A DNA stretch of 64,000 nucleotides from the NCBI GenBank assembly GCA_017624275.1, contig JAGANG010000010.1:14359-78358 (forward strand), read 5' to 3'. Position 1 is the stretch's first letter. Each line of letters opens with the position of its first letter. The stretch is from Spirochaetales bacterium (lineage in GTDB: Bacteria; Spirochaetota; GWE2-31-10). Positions 37,707 to 46,408 of this stretch are shown piece by piece. Position numbers and translations under genes: made by a program. Below the pieces are notes generated by a model, which did not search any database, was not told where the DNA came from, and saw only the letters and a program-made list of their open reading frames with translations.

Positions 37707-38621
37707 ATGTCAAAGAAAATTATAGACCATCAAAATGTTTTCGATTACCACAAAAAAAACAAAAAACAAGATTACGCCAACAACAATCGAGTTTCGTTTG
37801 TTTCTGAAAAAAGTTCTTACAACATGACTAACAAGAAAATTGTAAAAGAAAAAAATACTGAAATTGAAAATAATACGGCAGAAAACAATCCGTACAAAAA
37901 GAAAAAAGAAGAAGTCCTTTATTGCGGTGTGCATACCTGTCAGGCTGTATTCAAACAACGCAAAAATGACATTATCAAAGTTTACTTGGTCAAAGATTTG
38001 GTGAAAGAATTCGGTGAATTATTAAAATTTTGCAGTACAAAAAAAATTGCATATCGCATTGTCGAAAATAAAGATTTAGAAAAACTTACAGATTCCACTC
38101 ATCATGAAGGAATTGCCGTACTGACAAAAATTATAAAACCTAAAAGTTTTACCGAACTTTCCGCCAATTCTCCGATTTTATGGCTCGACGGTGTAGTTAA
38201 TCCGCACAATATCGGTACTATGATGAGAATCATGGCACATTTCGGCTGGCAAAATTTGATTATTTCCGGAACAAAAACAGCTATTTCTCCGGCTGCTGCC
38301 AGAATGAGCGAAGGCGGTTGTGAATTTGTAAAGCTTTACGGAATCAATTCGGCAAAAGAATTTGTTCTGTGGGCAAAGAAAAACGGTTACAAAATTGTAG
38401 GAACTTCCAGTCACTGTAAGCAATCTGTTTATGAATATCCAATGCAAAAAAAGATAGTTTTTGTTGTAGGACAGGAAGCCGACGGGATTTCAAAAGAAGT
38501 AATGCAATTGCTTGATGAATCTTTGATTATTCCGGGAACCGGTAATGTAGAAAGTTTAAATGTATCTGTTGCCGGTGGAATTTTTCTTAATGAATACGCT
38601 CGTCAACTGGGTACAAAATAA
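37707..38621 (+). CDS. SpoU/TrmH-family RNA 2'-O-methyltransferase with a Lys/Asn-rich N-terminal extension
   Basis: NPHNIGTMMR, VVGQEADGIS and IPGTGNVESLNVSVAGGI SpoU motifs. Confidence 0.85.
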   Translation: MSKKIIDHQNVFDYHKKNKKQDYANNNRVSFVSEKSSYNMTNKKIVKEKNTEIENNTAENNPYKKKKEEVLYCGVHTCQAVFKQRKNDIIKVYLVKDLVKEFGELLKFCSTKKIAYRIVENKDLEKLTDSTHHEGIAVLTKIIKPKSFTELSANSPILWLDGVVNPHNIGTMMRIMAHFGWQNLIISGTKTAISPAAARMSEGGCEFVKLYGINSAKEFVLWAKKNGYKIVGTSSHCKQSVYEYPMQKKIVFVVGQEADGISKEVMQLLDESLIIPGTGNVESLNVSVAGGIFLNEYARQLGTK

Positions 38622-39232
38622 TGACTTCGCAACTTTTTTCATTACCAGTAAATATTCCGTTCAAACGTATTTACAGCAGAATGGGACAACGTGTTTCCAC
38701 CGAAATTTCTTCAGAAATCAAAAATAAAATTGACACGGTAATAAACGACGCATTTGTAATTTGTGAATTGAAAGCACGTTACGAGATTTTTAATATAGAG
38801 CGAAATGACGGTGAAAATATAACTTTCGGCGGAGAAACATTTGTGTCAAAAAGTTTTTGTCAGTTGGTAAAAAATTGTGACGAAATTGCACTTTTTGCTG
38901 TTACCGTCGGCAATAAATTACCGGAAAAACGCCAAGAATTTATCGATAACGGCGAAATGTTTAATGCGGTGGTTTATGATGCTGCCGGTTCTGAGATTGC
39001 CGAAGAAGGTGCGGAATACATGCATGATTTCTTGGGAAAAATAGCAGCAGCAAAAGGTAAAAAAATAATGAAAAGGCGTTTCAGCCCTGGATATTCCGAT
39101 ATGAGCCTTGAAATGCAAAAGAAAATTTTCAAACTGTTAAAACCCGAGAATATCGGAATCAACTTGTTGCCGTCATTTTTAATGATTCCCGAAAAATCTG
39201 TTACGGCATTTGTCGGAATCGAGAAAGCCTGA
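38621..39232 (+). CDS. Stand-alone methionine synthase activation (AdoMet-binding, Met_synt_B12-like) domain protein
   Basis: RRFSPGYSDMSLEMQKKIFKLLKPENIGINLLPSFLMIPEKSVTAFVG parallels the MetH C-terminal RPAPGYPACPEH...TESFAMWPGASVSG block. The ATG overlaps the upstream TAA (TAATG). Confidence 0.6.
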   Translation: MTSQLFSLPVNIPFKRIYSRMGQRVSTEISSEIKNKIDTVINDAFVICELKARYEIFNIERNDGENITFGGETFVSKSFCQLVKNCDEIALFAVTVGNKLPEKRQEFIDNGEMFNAVVYDAAGSEIAEEGAEYMHDFLGKIAAAKGKKIMKRRFSPGYSDMSLEMQKKIFKLLKPENIGINLLPSFLMIPEKSVTAFVGIEKA

Positions 39233-39242
39233 CAAACACATC

Positions 39243-39278
39243 AAAAAATGCAGTGCTACTTTTTGTAACACTGCATTT
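39243..39278. terminator. Hairpin terminator between convergent genes
   Basis: 10-bp stem AAATGCAGTG / CACTGCATTT. A run on one side, T3 on the other. Confidence 0.5.
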
Positions 39279-39284
39279 AGTAAA

Positions 39285-39857
39285 TCATTCTGTTATCTCG
39301 TTGCCGGTTTCATCGACGATGATGAGTTTTTCGTCGGAGAAAAGTATATTTCTAAAATAGAAATAGTCTCCGGTTACATGCAAATAGCCACTTTGGGCAT
39401 TATCTGGGATTTTGAATTCCAGCATTATAATTTCATTATCCGAAGATGTCGCATTACTATCTGAAATAGAAACAAAACTATTAATTTCTATTGCTGACGT
39501 TTTATCAAATTGCTTTTGCGGACAAATATAAAGAACGTTATCTAAAAAGCGGGAATTTTCATCTAAAGGAAATACGGAAGAATATGGAGATATATCTGTA
39601 CCTATGTATTTTATTTTACCGTTATCGGTAATTTCAAAATCTTTATCATAATCCAAATTATTAATTTCTTTTTCATACATTACTAATACAGTATCACCGA
39701 TTCTTGCCTTTGAAGGATAAAATTTTATCCAATAAACTTTTGGCAACTCAAATCCTTTTTTTTCTTCTGAACTGTAAATACTAATAACACACGGGTTGTT
39801 GTCACAAGAAACAAAAATGAATAACAATGTAACTATGTACAAAATATTCTTTTTCAT
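39285..39857 (-). CDS. Putative lipoprotein, unknown function
   Basis: Signal peptide MKKNILYIVTLLFIFVSC with a lipobox Cys. Confidence 0.6.
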   Translation of the reverse strand: MKKNILYIVTLLFIFVSCDNNPCVISIYSSEEKKGFELPKVYWIKFYPSKARIGDTVLVMYEKEINNLDYDKDFEITDNGKIKYIGTDISPYSSVFPLDENSRFLDNVLYICPQKQFDKTSAIEINSFVSISDSNATSSDNEIIMLEFKIPDNAQSGYLHVTGDYFYFRNILFSDEKLIIVDETGNEITE

Positions 39858-39930
39858 AATTTATTCCTTATTTTTTCCATCAAAAAAATAGAACCGGTCA
39901 AATACTGCCGGTTCTGTAGTTACTTAATAT

Positions 39931-40356
39931 TTACTGTGTTATAGTAAGCGGTTTGTCTGATATTCCTTTCGAATACCAAGTCCCATCATCACAAGAACAA
40001 TCGTCTTTTTGCCAAAAATCTGTTTTTATTATTAACTTGCCGGAAATAATTTCCTCTGGAACTTCAAACACTGCACGAGTTGAACTTATTTTCTTTGTCA
40101 TAGCAAAGACATAAACAAGTATTTCGTCCCATTCTGGCTTATCTTTTTCTACATAAACTTCACAACGAAGCTTAAAATCTTCATCAAAAACTCTTACATC
40201 ACCGGAATCAACAGTTATCTCATCACCGGCTTTTGCTTCGTATTTATCAAGTGTAAAAGTAAACGTTTGAGGTGAATCAGACCAATTATCCGGACAAGCA
40301 TAGCAACTGAACAAAAGTACCGGTAAAATAGATAATAAAACCAATCTTGTTTTCAT
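39931..40356 (-). CDS. Putative lipoprotein, tandem paralogue A
   Basis: Signal peptide ...LLFSC. GGAG RBS. Near-identical blocks shared with 40384..40815. Confidence 0.65.
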   Translation of the reverse strand: MKTRLVLLSILPVLLFSCYACPDNWSDSPQTFTFTLDKYEAKAGDEITVDSGDVRVFDEDFKLRCEVYVEKDKPEWDEILVYVFAMTKKISSTRAVFEVPEEIISGKLIIKTDFWQKDDCSCDDGTWYSKGISDKPLTITQ

Positions 40357-40383
40357 AAGAACTCCTTATTTTCCATAAATGTT

Positions 40384-40815
40384 TTAATCAGTAACTATAG
40401 TAAGTGGTTTGTCAGATTCTCCTTTAGAATACCAAGTCCCGTCATCACAAGAATATTCTTCTTTTTGCCAAAAATCAGTTTTTATTATTAACTTGCCGGA
40501 AATAATTTCCTCTGGAACTTCAAACACTGCACGAGTTGAACTTATTTTCTTTGTCATAGCAAGTACATAAATGAAAACTTTATCATTTTCTTCTGGAGTT
40601 TCTTTTTCTTTATATATTTCACTGTACAGTTTAAAGTCTTCGTCAAAAACTCTTACATCACCGGAATCAACAGTTATCTCATCACCGGCTTTTGCTTCGT
40701 ATTTATCAAGTGTAAAAGTAAAAGTTTGAGGTGAATCAGACCAATTATCCGGACAAGCATAACAACTGAACAAAAGTACCGATAGAATTGCTAATAAAAA
40801 TAATCTTGCTTTCAT
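40384..40815 (-). CDS. Putative lipoprotein, tandem paralogue B
   Basis: ATG 40815 (MKARLFLLAILSVLLFSC) has the same GGAG RBS context as paralogue A. The track's 40842 start adds 9 aa. Confidence 0.65.
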   Translation of the reverse strand: MKARLFLLAILSVLLFSCYACPDNWSDSPQTFTFTLDKYEAKAGDEITVDSGDVRVFDEDFKLYSEIYKEKETPEENDKVFIYVLAMTKKISSTRAVFEVPEEIISGKLIIKTDFWQKEEYSCDDGTWYSKGESDKPLTIVTD

Positions 40816-41055
40816 AAGAACTCCTTTATTTTTTATATTCAATATATTGTTGTGGGCAACCTAATAATAAAAAATATTTTTAGTGTCAATATTTTTTTAT
40901 TAATTTCAATTGCTTATTTTTATATTCTCTACTCAATAGAAATACTAAACATCATCAATTTATTGTTTATACATTCAAATAAATAGTCAATAACGCCATT
41001 TTAAAAGCATTATTTATTTACAAATAATATCTTTTTAGGTTAAAAGTCTGTCGGT

Positions 41056-41200
41056 TAGATTTTTTGCCGATTTTCAAGATGTGCGTTTTTCTACAGGATT
41101 TTCCCGGAAAATTCTAATACCTTTTCGGGTATTTTAGGTACTTTTCGTATTTTTCGGTGATTTTGCGGATTTTGGCGGTAAGTTTTAAGCTGTTTTAGAA
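41056..41200. repeat. Helically phased T-tract array (degenerate ~10-bp CCGNAAAAT-like repeat on the minus strand); predicted intrinsically curved DNA
   Basis: Same-orientation T4-T6 tracts start at 41060, 41071, 41086, 41099, 41122, 41132, 41142, 41150, 41161, 41170, 41183 and 41193. The last eight are spaced 8.5-13 bp apart (mean about 10). Confidence 0.6.
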
Positions 41201-41261
41201 TATTACGAGAATTGAAATATTTCTATTGCGGATATAAGATATTGGAATGTGTAAAGGTTAC

Positions 41262-41307
41262 AAAGCCGGACAGAATCAAAGACAACTTTGATTTTATCAG
41301 GCTTTTT
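41262..41307 (+). terminator. Plus-strand-oriented hairpin plus T5 with no annotated plus-strand gene upstream
   Basis: Outer stem AAAGCC / GGCTTT, inner stem AATCAAAG / CTTTGATT (loop ACAA), then TTTTT. The minus-strand reading has only T3 after the stem. Confidence 0.4.
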
Positions 41308-41318
41308 ATTATTCAGTT

Positions 41319-43373
41319 TTAAACTAATTTGCGAGAATAGTTAAAAAGATTACCTTGTATCGGTTTGCCGGAATGCAAATCTTTCCATATGGCAATGTCA
41401 CAAAATCTTAAATCTGCCGTTAAATGGTCAAAACGTATTTCTTTATTGTTTCCGGTTATGTTGCAAAGCGAAAAAAATTCTTTGCTGAAAAAATAAGAAA
41501 CACCGTCGAGTAATCGACATTCTATTTTAGTTCCGATATTGTCGCTAAAAATTGCTCCGTCTACAAATTTTTCATCTGCTACCCTTGATATAAACAACGG
41601 CAATCGGGCAAAAATTAACGCTTCCAATTGTCCGTTTACGGTATTATCCAAAGATTCCAATGTTGCCTCGTCAGCTTCTGCCGTTGCGTATACAGATTTA
41701 CACCCTAATTCTTGTAATAGTTCGGCAGACTTTCTGTTTAATACGGAAAGCCACATTCCGCCGTAGATTTTACATTTCGGGTTTTGAGATAATATTTCAA
41801 TCATCGAAAGGCTGTCTGCTTGGAAATTGCAAAGTCCTAATGAACAAAAGTTTTCAATCAATGTGATATATGGTTTTTCTTCATTTTCATAAATAACCGG
41901 CGGGAATGAAATTATTACTTCATAATTTTTTGAAATTTCTGCAATTTTTTCTATTTCAGTTTGAGAAATTTGCACAGTTACACAAACATTGACAATTTTC
42001 AATCCGGGGAAATTTGTCGCATTTATAAATTGTAACTGCTCCGGTAAAATCACAGCTTTATCCGGAGAATCGCCGAGTTTAAATTGTCGATTTGACGGCG
42101 TGTATTTATAATCGACGAATTCTTTTATTTCCTCGGAAACTTCCGGTAACATTCCGAGTTTCTTTTCCAGTTGCTTGATTTTCACAAGTACATTATCTAC
42201 TGCATTTTTTATTTCACGAGCCGCAGTTTGTTTGTCTTTATTATCAATAGAAACTTTGATTCCCTCTTTTTCCAACATCACGGCAAGTTCTTCCAATGTT
42301 CCGATTTTCCCTTTTTTGGGTAATTGAATTTTCAGCGGAACGACATCTTCCAATTCATCCACTCGTATTTTGATTTGGGCATTTGTTTCATCAGATATAA
42401 TTTCAGCTTTTTTTTGTGAAAGAAAAGATTCAAAATCGAAATCAGTTTCCAATTGAATATTTTTGTTGTAATTGCTCCAATTCTCATTTTTTCCGACGAG
42501 ATTTTTATGATCAAAAAAATGACCTTCTCCTGTTTCACGAGCGGAATAAGTCGCCAATCGCTTACGGAATTCCTCTGTTTCCGCTTCGTTACTTTGGCTG
42601 TCTAAAGCTTTACGGTAAATTGATGTTATTACAGAAACCCAGCCCGGACTTTTTAAACGCCCTTCAATTTTCAAAGTGTCCGCTCCGCAAGCTGCAAGTT
42701 TATCAAGATGTTTTACCAACAGCATGTCTTTCATAGAAAAATACGGGAATTTTTTGCCGTTGTGTTCCCAAGCAAGTCTGCACGGTGCAGTACAAGCACC
42801 TCGGTTCCCGCTTCTGCCGCCTACCCAAGATGACATCAAACATCGTCCTGATACGCAAAAACACATTGAGCCTTCTACAAAAACTTCGGTTTCAATACCG
42901 CTGCTTTGGGCAATTACGCTGATTTCTTCGCCGGTTAATTCCCGTGCTAAAACTGCTCGTGTAATTCCTAATTTTGCAGCTAATTTTGCTCCGTTAGCAG
43001 AAGTAATTGCAAGTTGTGTAGATGCGTGGAATGCAATTCTTCCTTTATAATAACGATTCAACAAAGAAATCAAACCTAAGTCTTTTACGATTAATGCATC
43101 AATTTTTATTTCACAAAGCATTTCTACGACTTTTGCGGCTTCGTGGAGTTCGTTATCTTTTAAGTCAATATTTAATGTTACGTAAACTTTTTTATTACGC
43201 CGATGAGCTTCGGCACATAGTTTTTTCAATACCGGAACATCGAAATTGTCTGCCGGACGGCGTGCATTAAATTTTAAATAACCTAAATAAACCGCATCGG
43301 CTCCGGCTTCTATAGCAGCCGCAAAACTTTTCAAGTTACCGGCAGGCGACATTAATTCCATCTTTTTAGCCAT
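41319..43373 (-). CDS. Peptidase U32 family protein, long form with a C-terminal extension
   Basis: EGSMCFCVSGRCLMSSWVGGRSGNRGACTAPCR matches the U32 signature (E-x-F-x2-G-[SA]-x-C-x4-G-x-C). Confidence 0.8.
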   Translation of the reverse strand: MAKKMELMSPAGNLKSFAAAIEAGADAVYLGYLKFNARRPADNFDVPVLKKLCAEAHRRNKKVYVTLNIDLKDNELHEAAKVVEMLCEIKIDALIVKDLGLISLLNRYYKGRIAFHASTQLAITSANGAKLAAKLGITRAVLARELTGEEISVIAQSSGIETEVFVEGSMCFCVSGRCLMSSWVGGRSGNRGACTAPCRLAWEHNGKKFPYFSMKDMLLVKHLDKLAACGADTLKIEGRLKSPGWVSVITSIYRKALDSQSNEAETEEFRKRLATYSARETGEGHFFDHKNLVGKNENWSNYNKNIQLETDFDFESFLSQKKAEIISDETNAQIKIRVDELEDVVPLKIQLPKKGKIGTLEELAVMLEKEGIKVSIDNKDKQTAAREIKNAVDNVLVKIKQLEKKLGMLPEVSEEIKEFVDYKYTPSNRQFKLGDSPDKAVILPEQLQFINATNFPGLKIVNVCVTVQISQTEIEKIAEISKNYEVIISFPPVIYENEEKPYITLIENFCSLGLCNFQADSLSMIEILSQNPKCKIYGGMWLSVLNRKSAELLQELGCKSVYATAEADEATLESLDNTVNGQLEALIFARLPLFISRVADEKFVDGAIFSDNIGTKIECRLLDGVSYFFSKEFFSLCNITGNNKEIRFDHLTADLRFCDIAIWKDLHSGKPIQGNLFNYSRKLV

Positions 43374-43629
43374 AATTTTTCACCTTTATAGAATAAAAAT
43401 AAACTTTTATATTAAGGAAGAAATTCATCTAATTCATTAATTTTTCAGTTAAAAAAGTTGAACTACTTATACTGCAATGTAATTTCTTTGTCTATTAAAG
43501 CAAATATCAAACATTTCCTCTTTTGCAATAAAAAAAAATGTCGATAGATTTACAATGAAACGCATTTTATTTTTTCAGATTTTGTTTTATAAACTGACAA
43601 AATGCAGAATGATTAAAGGAGTTTTTATA

Positions 43630-44409
43630 ATGAAAAAGATGCTTTTTGTAGGATTACTTTTTTCCGCAGTATTCGGAGTTTTTGCTCTTGATACTACACT
43701 TATTGAACAGGAGATTTTACGCCTTGTTAATAAACAACGTGTCGACAACAGTTTGATTCCGTTGCAACAGGATGAACAATTACAAAATTGTGCGAGAGAA
43801 CACAGTGCCGATATGTTAGCTAACACAAAACTTTCACATGTCAGCAAAGGTAAATTACCGGCAGAACGTGTAAGAATTGCAAGCCCTAAATTATTTTTCG
43901 GAGTTTTTGAAAATATAGCTTATTGTAAAGGTGAAAATGAAACTGAAATTGCAGAAACTCTTGTAAATGCTTGGATGAATTCTGAAGGACATAAGAAAAA
44001 TATTTTAGCTACTGATACAAACTTTACAGGAATCGGAGTTTCAGCTCCGAGTGCAGACAATATTTATTATGTTACACAATTAATGACAGATTCCGTAGCT
44101 ACTTTGGCTTCTGATATTCCGGCAAATGTAACAGCAGGAAGTGATGTTACGCTAAAATGTAATTTCCTCGGAAGTTTTGATAAAAACAATTTGGTTGTAT
44201 TTGCAACTTTCCCTGATTCCGAAGCTAAATTTATGTTAGAAGACGGAAAAAGTTATTATGCCGGTTGCGGAGTTATTACACCTAAATGGCTTGATGACAA
44301 AACTTTTGAAATTACAATTCCTTGTAAATACGGAACCGGAGAATACAAATTGTATATGGGTAAAAATCAGCAGTATTATCCGGACTATGTTACTTTCAGT
44401 GTAAAATAA
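43630..44409 (+). CDS. Secreted CAP/SCP (PR-1-like) domain protein with a C-terminal beta-rich domain
   Basis: Signal peptide MKKMLFVGLLFSAVFGVFA. AREHSADM and WMNSEGHKKNIL CAP motifs. AAAGGAG RBS before ATG 43630. Confidence 0.7.
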   Translation: MKKMLFVGLLFSAVFGVFALDTTLIEQEILRLVNKQRVDNSLIPLQQDEQLQNCAREHSADMLANTKLSHVSKGKLPAERVRIASPKLFFGVFENIAYCKGENETEIAETLVNAWMNSEGHKKNILATDTNFTGIGVSAPSADNIYYVTQLMTDSVATLASDIPANVTAGSDVTLKCNFLGSFDKNNLVVFATFPDSEAKFMLEDGKSYYAGCGVITPKWLDDKTFEITIPCKYGTGEYKLYMGKNQQYYPDYVTFSVK

Positions 44410-44503
44410 AATCTAAGAATTTATTTATAAATTGATTTAAGCTGTAGATAAATAGTTGATAATCCTATTTTGATACAGCTTTTAATTTTTTTAAGAGGTA
44501 AGA

Positions 44504-45142
44504 ATGATTGGTGATCAAAAAGATAATTCACGCAGCGGAATAGGTTTTTTTATAGTGTTGATTGTTGTAATTATTTTTGGTGTTTTAGTATTAAAAATGT
44601 GCAAACCGACCGGAAATAAAAACAAAGTATCACAGGAAAAAGTATCTTCCGAAATTGAAGATATAAAAGAACAAGAAGTTGTTTCCGAAGTTACAAAAGA
44701 ACCGGAGAATTTATCCGGAGAATCTGTTACCGGAAAAGTTTATTTTTGTCGCATTTCTAATGACGGCACACAAAAGATTCTTACTGCATTCCGAGAAATT
44801 TCTTCTGAAAACTCATTGGAATCCGCACTGACAGCGTTACTTGCCGGGCCTACAAATGCCGAAGAATCTCATGACATAATTACTAACATTCCGGAAAATA
44901 CGATTCTTAAAAGTATAAAAATAGAAGATGATATAATGTTCTTGGATTTCTCAGAGGAATTTGAATTTAACTCATATGGTAGAGATTCGACTTTGTTGCA
45001 ATTGAAACAAATTGTTTTTACTGCTACCGAATATTCTGATATTGAAAAAATTCAATTCTTGATTAACGGAGAAATTCGTACATATTTAGGCGGTGACGGT
45101 GTTGTAATAGGAAAACCTTTATCTCGTGATGATTTTTCTTGA
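44504..45142 (+). CDS. GerMN-domain protein with an N-terminal TM anchor
   Basis: LESALTALLAGPT and LDFSEEF...LLQLKQIVFTATE blocks typical of GerM-N domains. Confidence 0.65.
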   Translation: MIGDQKDNSRSGIGFFIVLIVVIIFGVLVLKMCKPTGNKNKVSQEKVSSEIEDIKEQEVVSEVTKEPENLSGESVTGKVYFCRISNDGTQKILTAFREISSENSLESALTALLAGPTNAEESHDIITNIPENTILKSIKIEDDIMFLDFSEEFEFNSYGRDSTLLQLKQIVFTATEYSDIEKIQFLINGEIRTYLGGDGVVIGKPLSRDDFS

Positions 45143-45181
45143 CAACATAGGGGAAAAACTGATATAAGTCACACATCTTAT

Positions 45182-45255
45182 GGCGATGTAGCTCAGTTGG
45201 TCAGAGCATCCGGCTCATATCCGGGGGGTCATTGGTTCAAATCCGATCATCGCCA
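45182..45255 (+). tRNA. tRNA with anticodon CAT (elongator Met, or Ile2 if lysidine-modified); CCA not encoded
   Basis: Manual cloverleaf: acceptor GGCGATG/CATCGCC, D-arm GCTC..GAGC, anticodon stem TCCGG/CCGGG with loop CTCATAT, T-arm ATTGG-TTCAAAT-CCGAT, discriminator A. The paired 1:72 position and the absence of a GGG/CCC anticodon stem argue against an initiator. Confidence 0.9.
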
Positions 45256-45260
45256 TTATT

Positions 45261-45290
45261 AAAACTCCCTTTTTGCAGGGAGTTTTTTTT
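45261..45290 (+). terminator. Rho-independent terminator after the tRNA
   Basis: Stem ACTCCCT / AGGGAGT followed by T8. Confidence 0.75.
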
Positions 45291-45376
45291 ATGCCTTATT
45301 AAATTTATTTACTTAGAATAAGGAAAAATTGTAGTAAGGCGATAATAAATTTATCTAATCCGGCGGGGGGTACAAA

Positions 45377-46408
45377 ATGCAATTTATAAAAGGGAACACT
45401 CAACAACTGGAAACTTTTATTTGTTCTCATCCTTATAGTTCGTTATGGCATACAGTTTCGTGGAATACATTTCAAACAAAAAATGGTAATCCCGGAATTT
45501 TCTTTGGTGTTGCTGATAATGATGAAATAATTGCAGCCGGACTTTTGCAACTGCGACATCGTTCATTTTTCAAATTCGGTTATATACAAGGCGGGATTCT
45601 TTACAAAGAAGATAAATTAGATTCTAAACTTTATAATGTAATTATAAACGGGTTGAAAGAAATCGCAGCTGAAAAAAAATTAATGCATTGCTTTGTAGAT
45701 TGGGTAATTCCGTATAATGATAAAGATGCAGATTTTTTTCATTCTGCGGCAAATCATAACTTTAACGTAAAAGCAGTGATTCCTACATTTACAAATATTC
45801 TTGATATTACAAAGACGGAAGATGAATTACTTGCCGAAATGAAACCTAAAGGCAGATATAATATAAAACTCGCAGGGAAAAAAGGCGTTACTATACGTGA
45901 AGGGAAGGAAGAAGAAATTCCTGAATTTTATCGTTTGCTGGAAATTACCACTGCTCGTGACGGTTTTCGTGCAAATAATTTGGGATACTATCAATCTTTT
46001 ATCCGAGAATTGCCGTTTGCACGTTTTATGGTTGCCGAGCATGAAAATGAAATAATTGCAGGTGGAATTTTTACATATTCAGGCAAACAAGCTTTGTATT
46101 ATTACGGAGCGTCTGCCAGTCATAAACGCAATTTAATGGCTCCGTATTTATTGCAGTGGGAAGCTTTGCTGTACGGAAAAGCAAACGGCTGTACTTATTA
46201 TGATTTCATGGGAATTGCAGATCCTCAAAATCCGCAAGATCCGCTAAACGGAGTAACAGATTTTAAATTGAAATTCGGTAACGGAACTACTCGATTTCTT
46301 CCGGCATTCGATATTATTTTCAATCCGTTTAAATATCATTTGTACCAAACGGCTCTAAAAGTTAATGCGTTTTTAAATTCTTTAAAATCGAAAGGCAAGA
46401 ATGACTAA
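45377..46408 (+). CDS. FemAB-family peptidoglycan interpeptide-bridge aminoacyltransferase
   Basis: Length and block order typical of FemX/MurM (KPKGRYNIKLAGKKG, TTARDGF, YYYGASASHKRNLMAPYLLQWEA). Confidence 0.75.
   Translation: MQFIKGNTQQLETFICSHPYSSLWHTVSWNTFQTKNGNPGIFFGVADNDEIIAAGLLQLRHRSFFKFGYIQGGILYKEDKLDSKLYNVIINGLKEIAAEKKLMHCFVDWVIPYNDKDADFFHSAANHNFNVKAVIPTFTNILDITKTEDELLAEMKPKGRYNIKLAGKKGVTIREGKEEEIPEFYRLLEITTARDGFRANNLGYYQSFIRELPFARFMVAEHENEIIAGGIFTYSGKQALYYYGASASHKRNLMAPYLLQWEALLYGKANGCTYYDFMGIADPQNPQDPLNGVTDFKLKFGNGTTRFLPAFDIIFNPFKYHLYQTALKVNAFLNSLKSKGKND

Noticed and set aside
45182-45255. Calling the CAT-anticodon tRNA an initiator tRNA-fMet.
   Set aside because: Positions 1:72 are paired (G-C) and the anticodon stem lacks the three consecutive G-C pairs characteristic of bacterial initiators. 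Elongator Met versus lysidine-modified Ile2 cannot be decided by eye.
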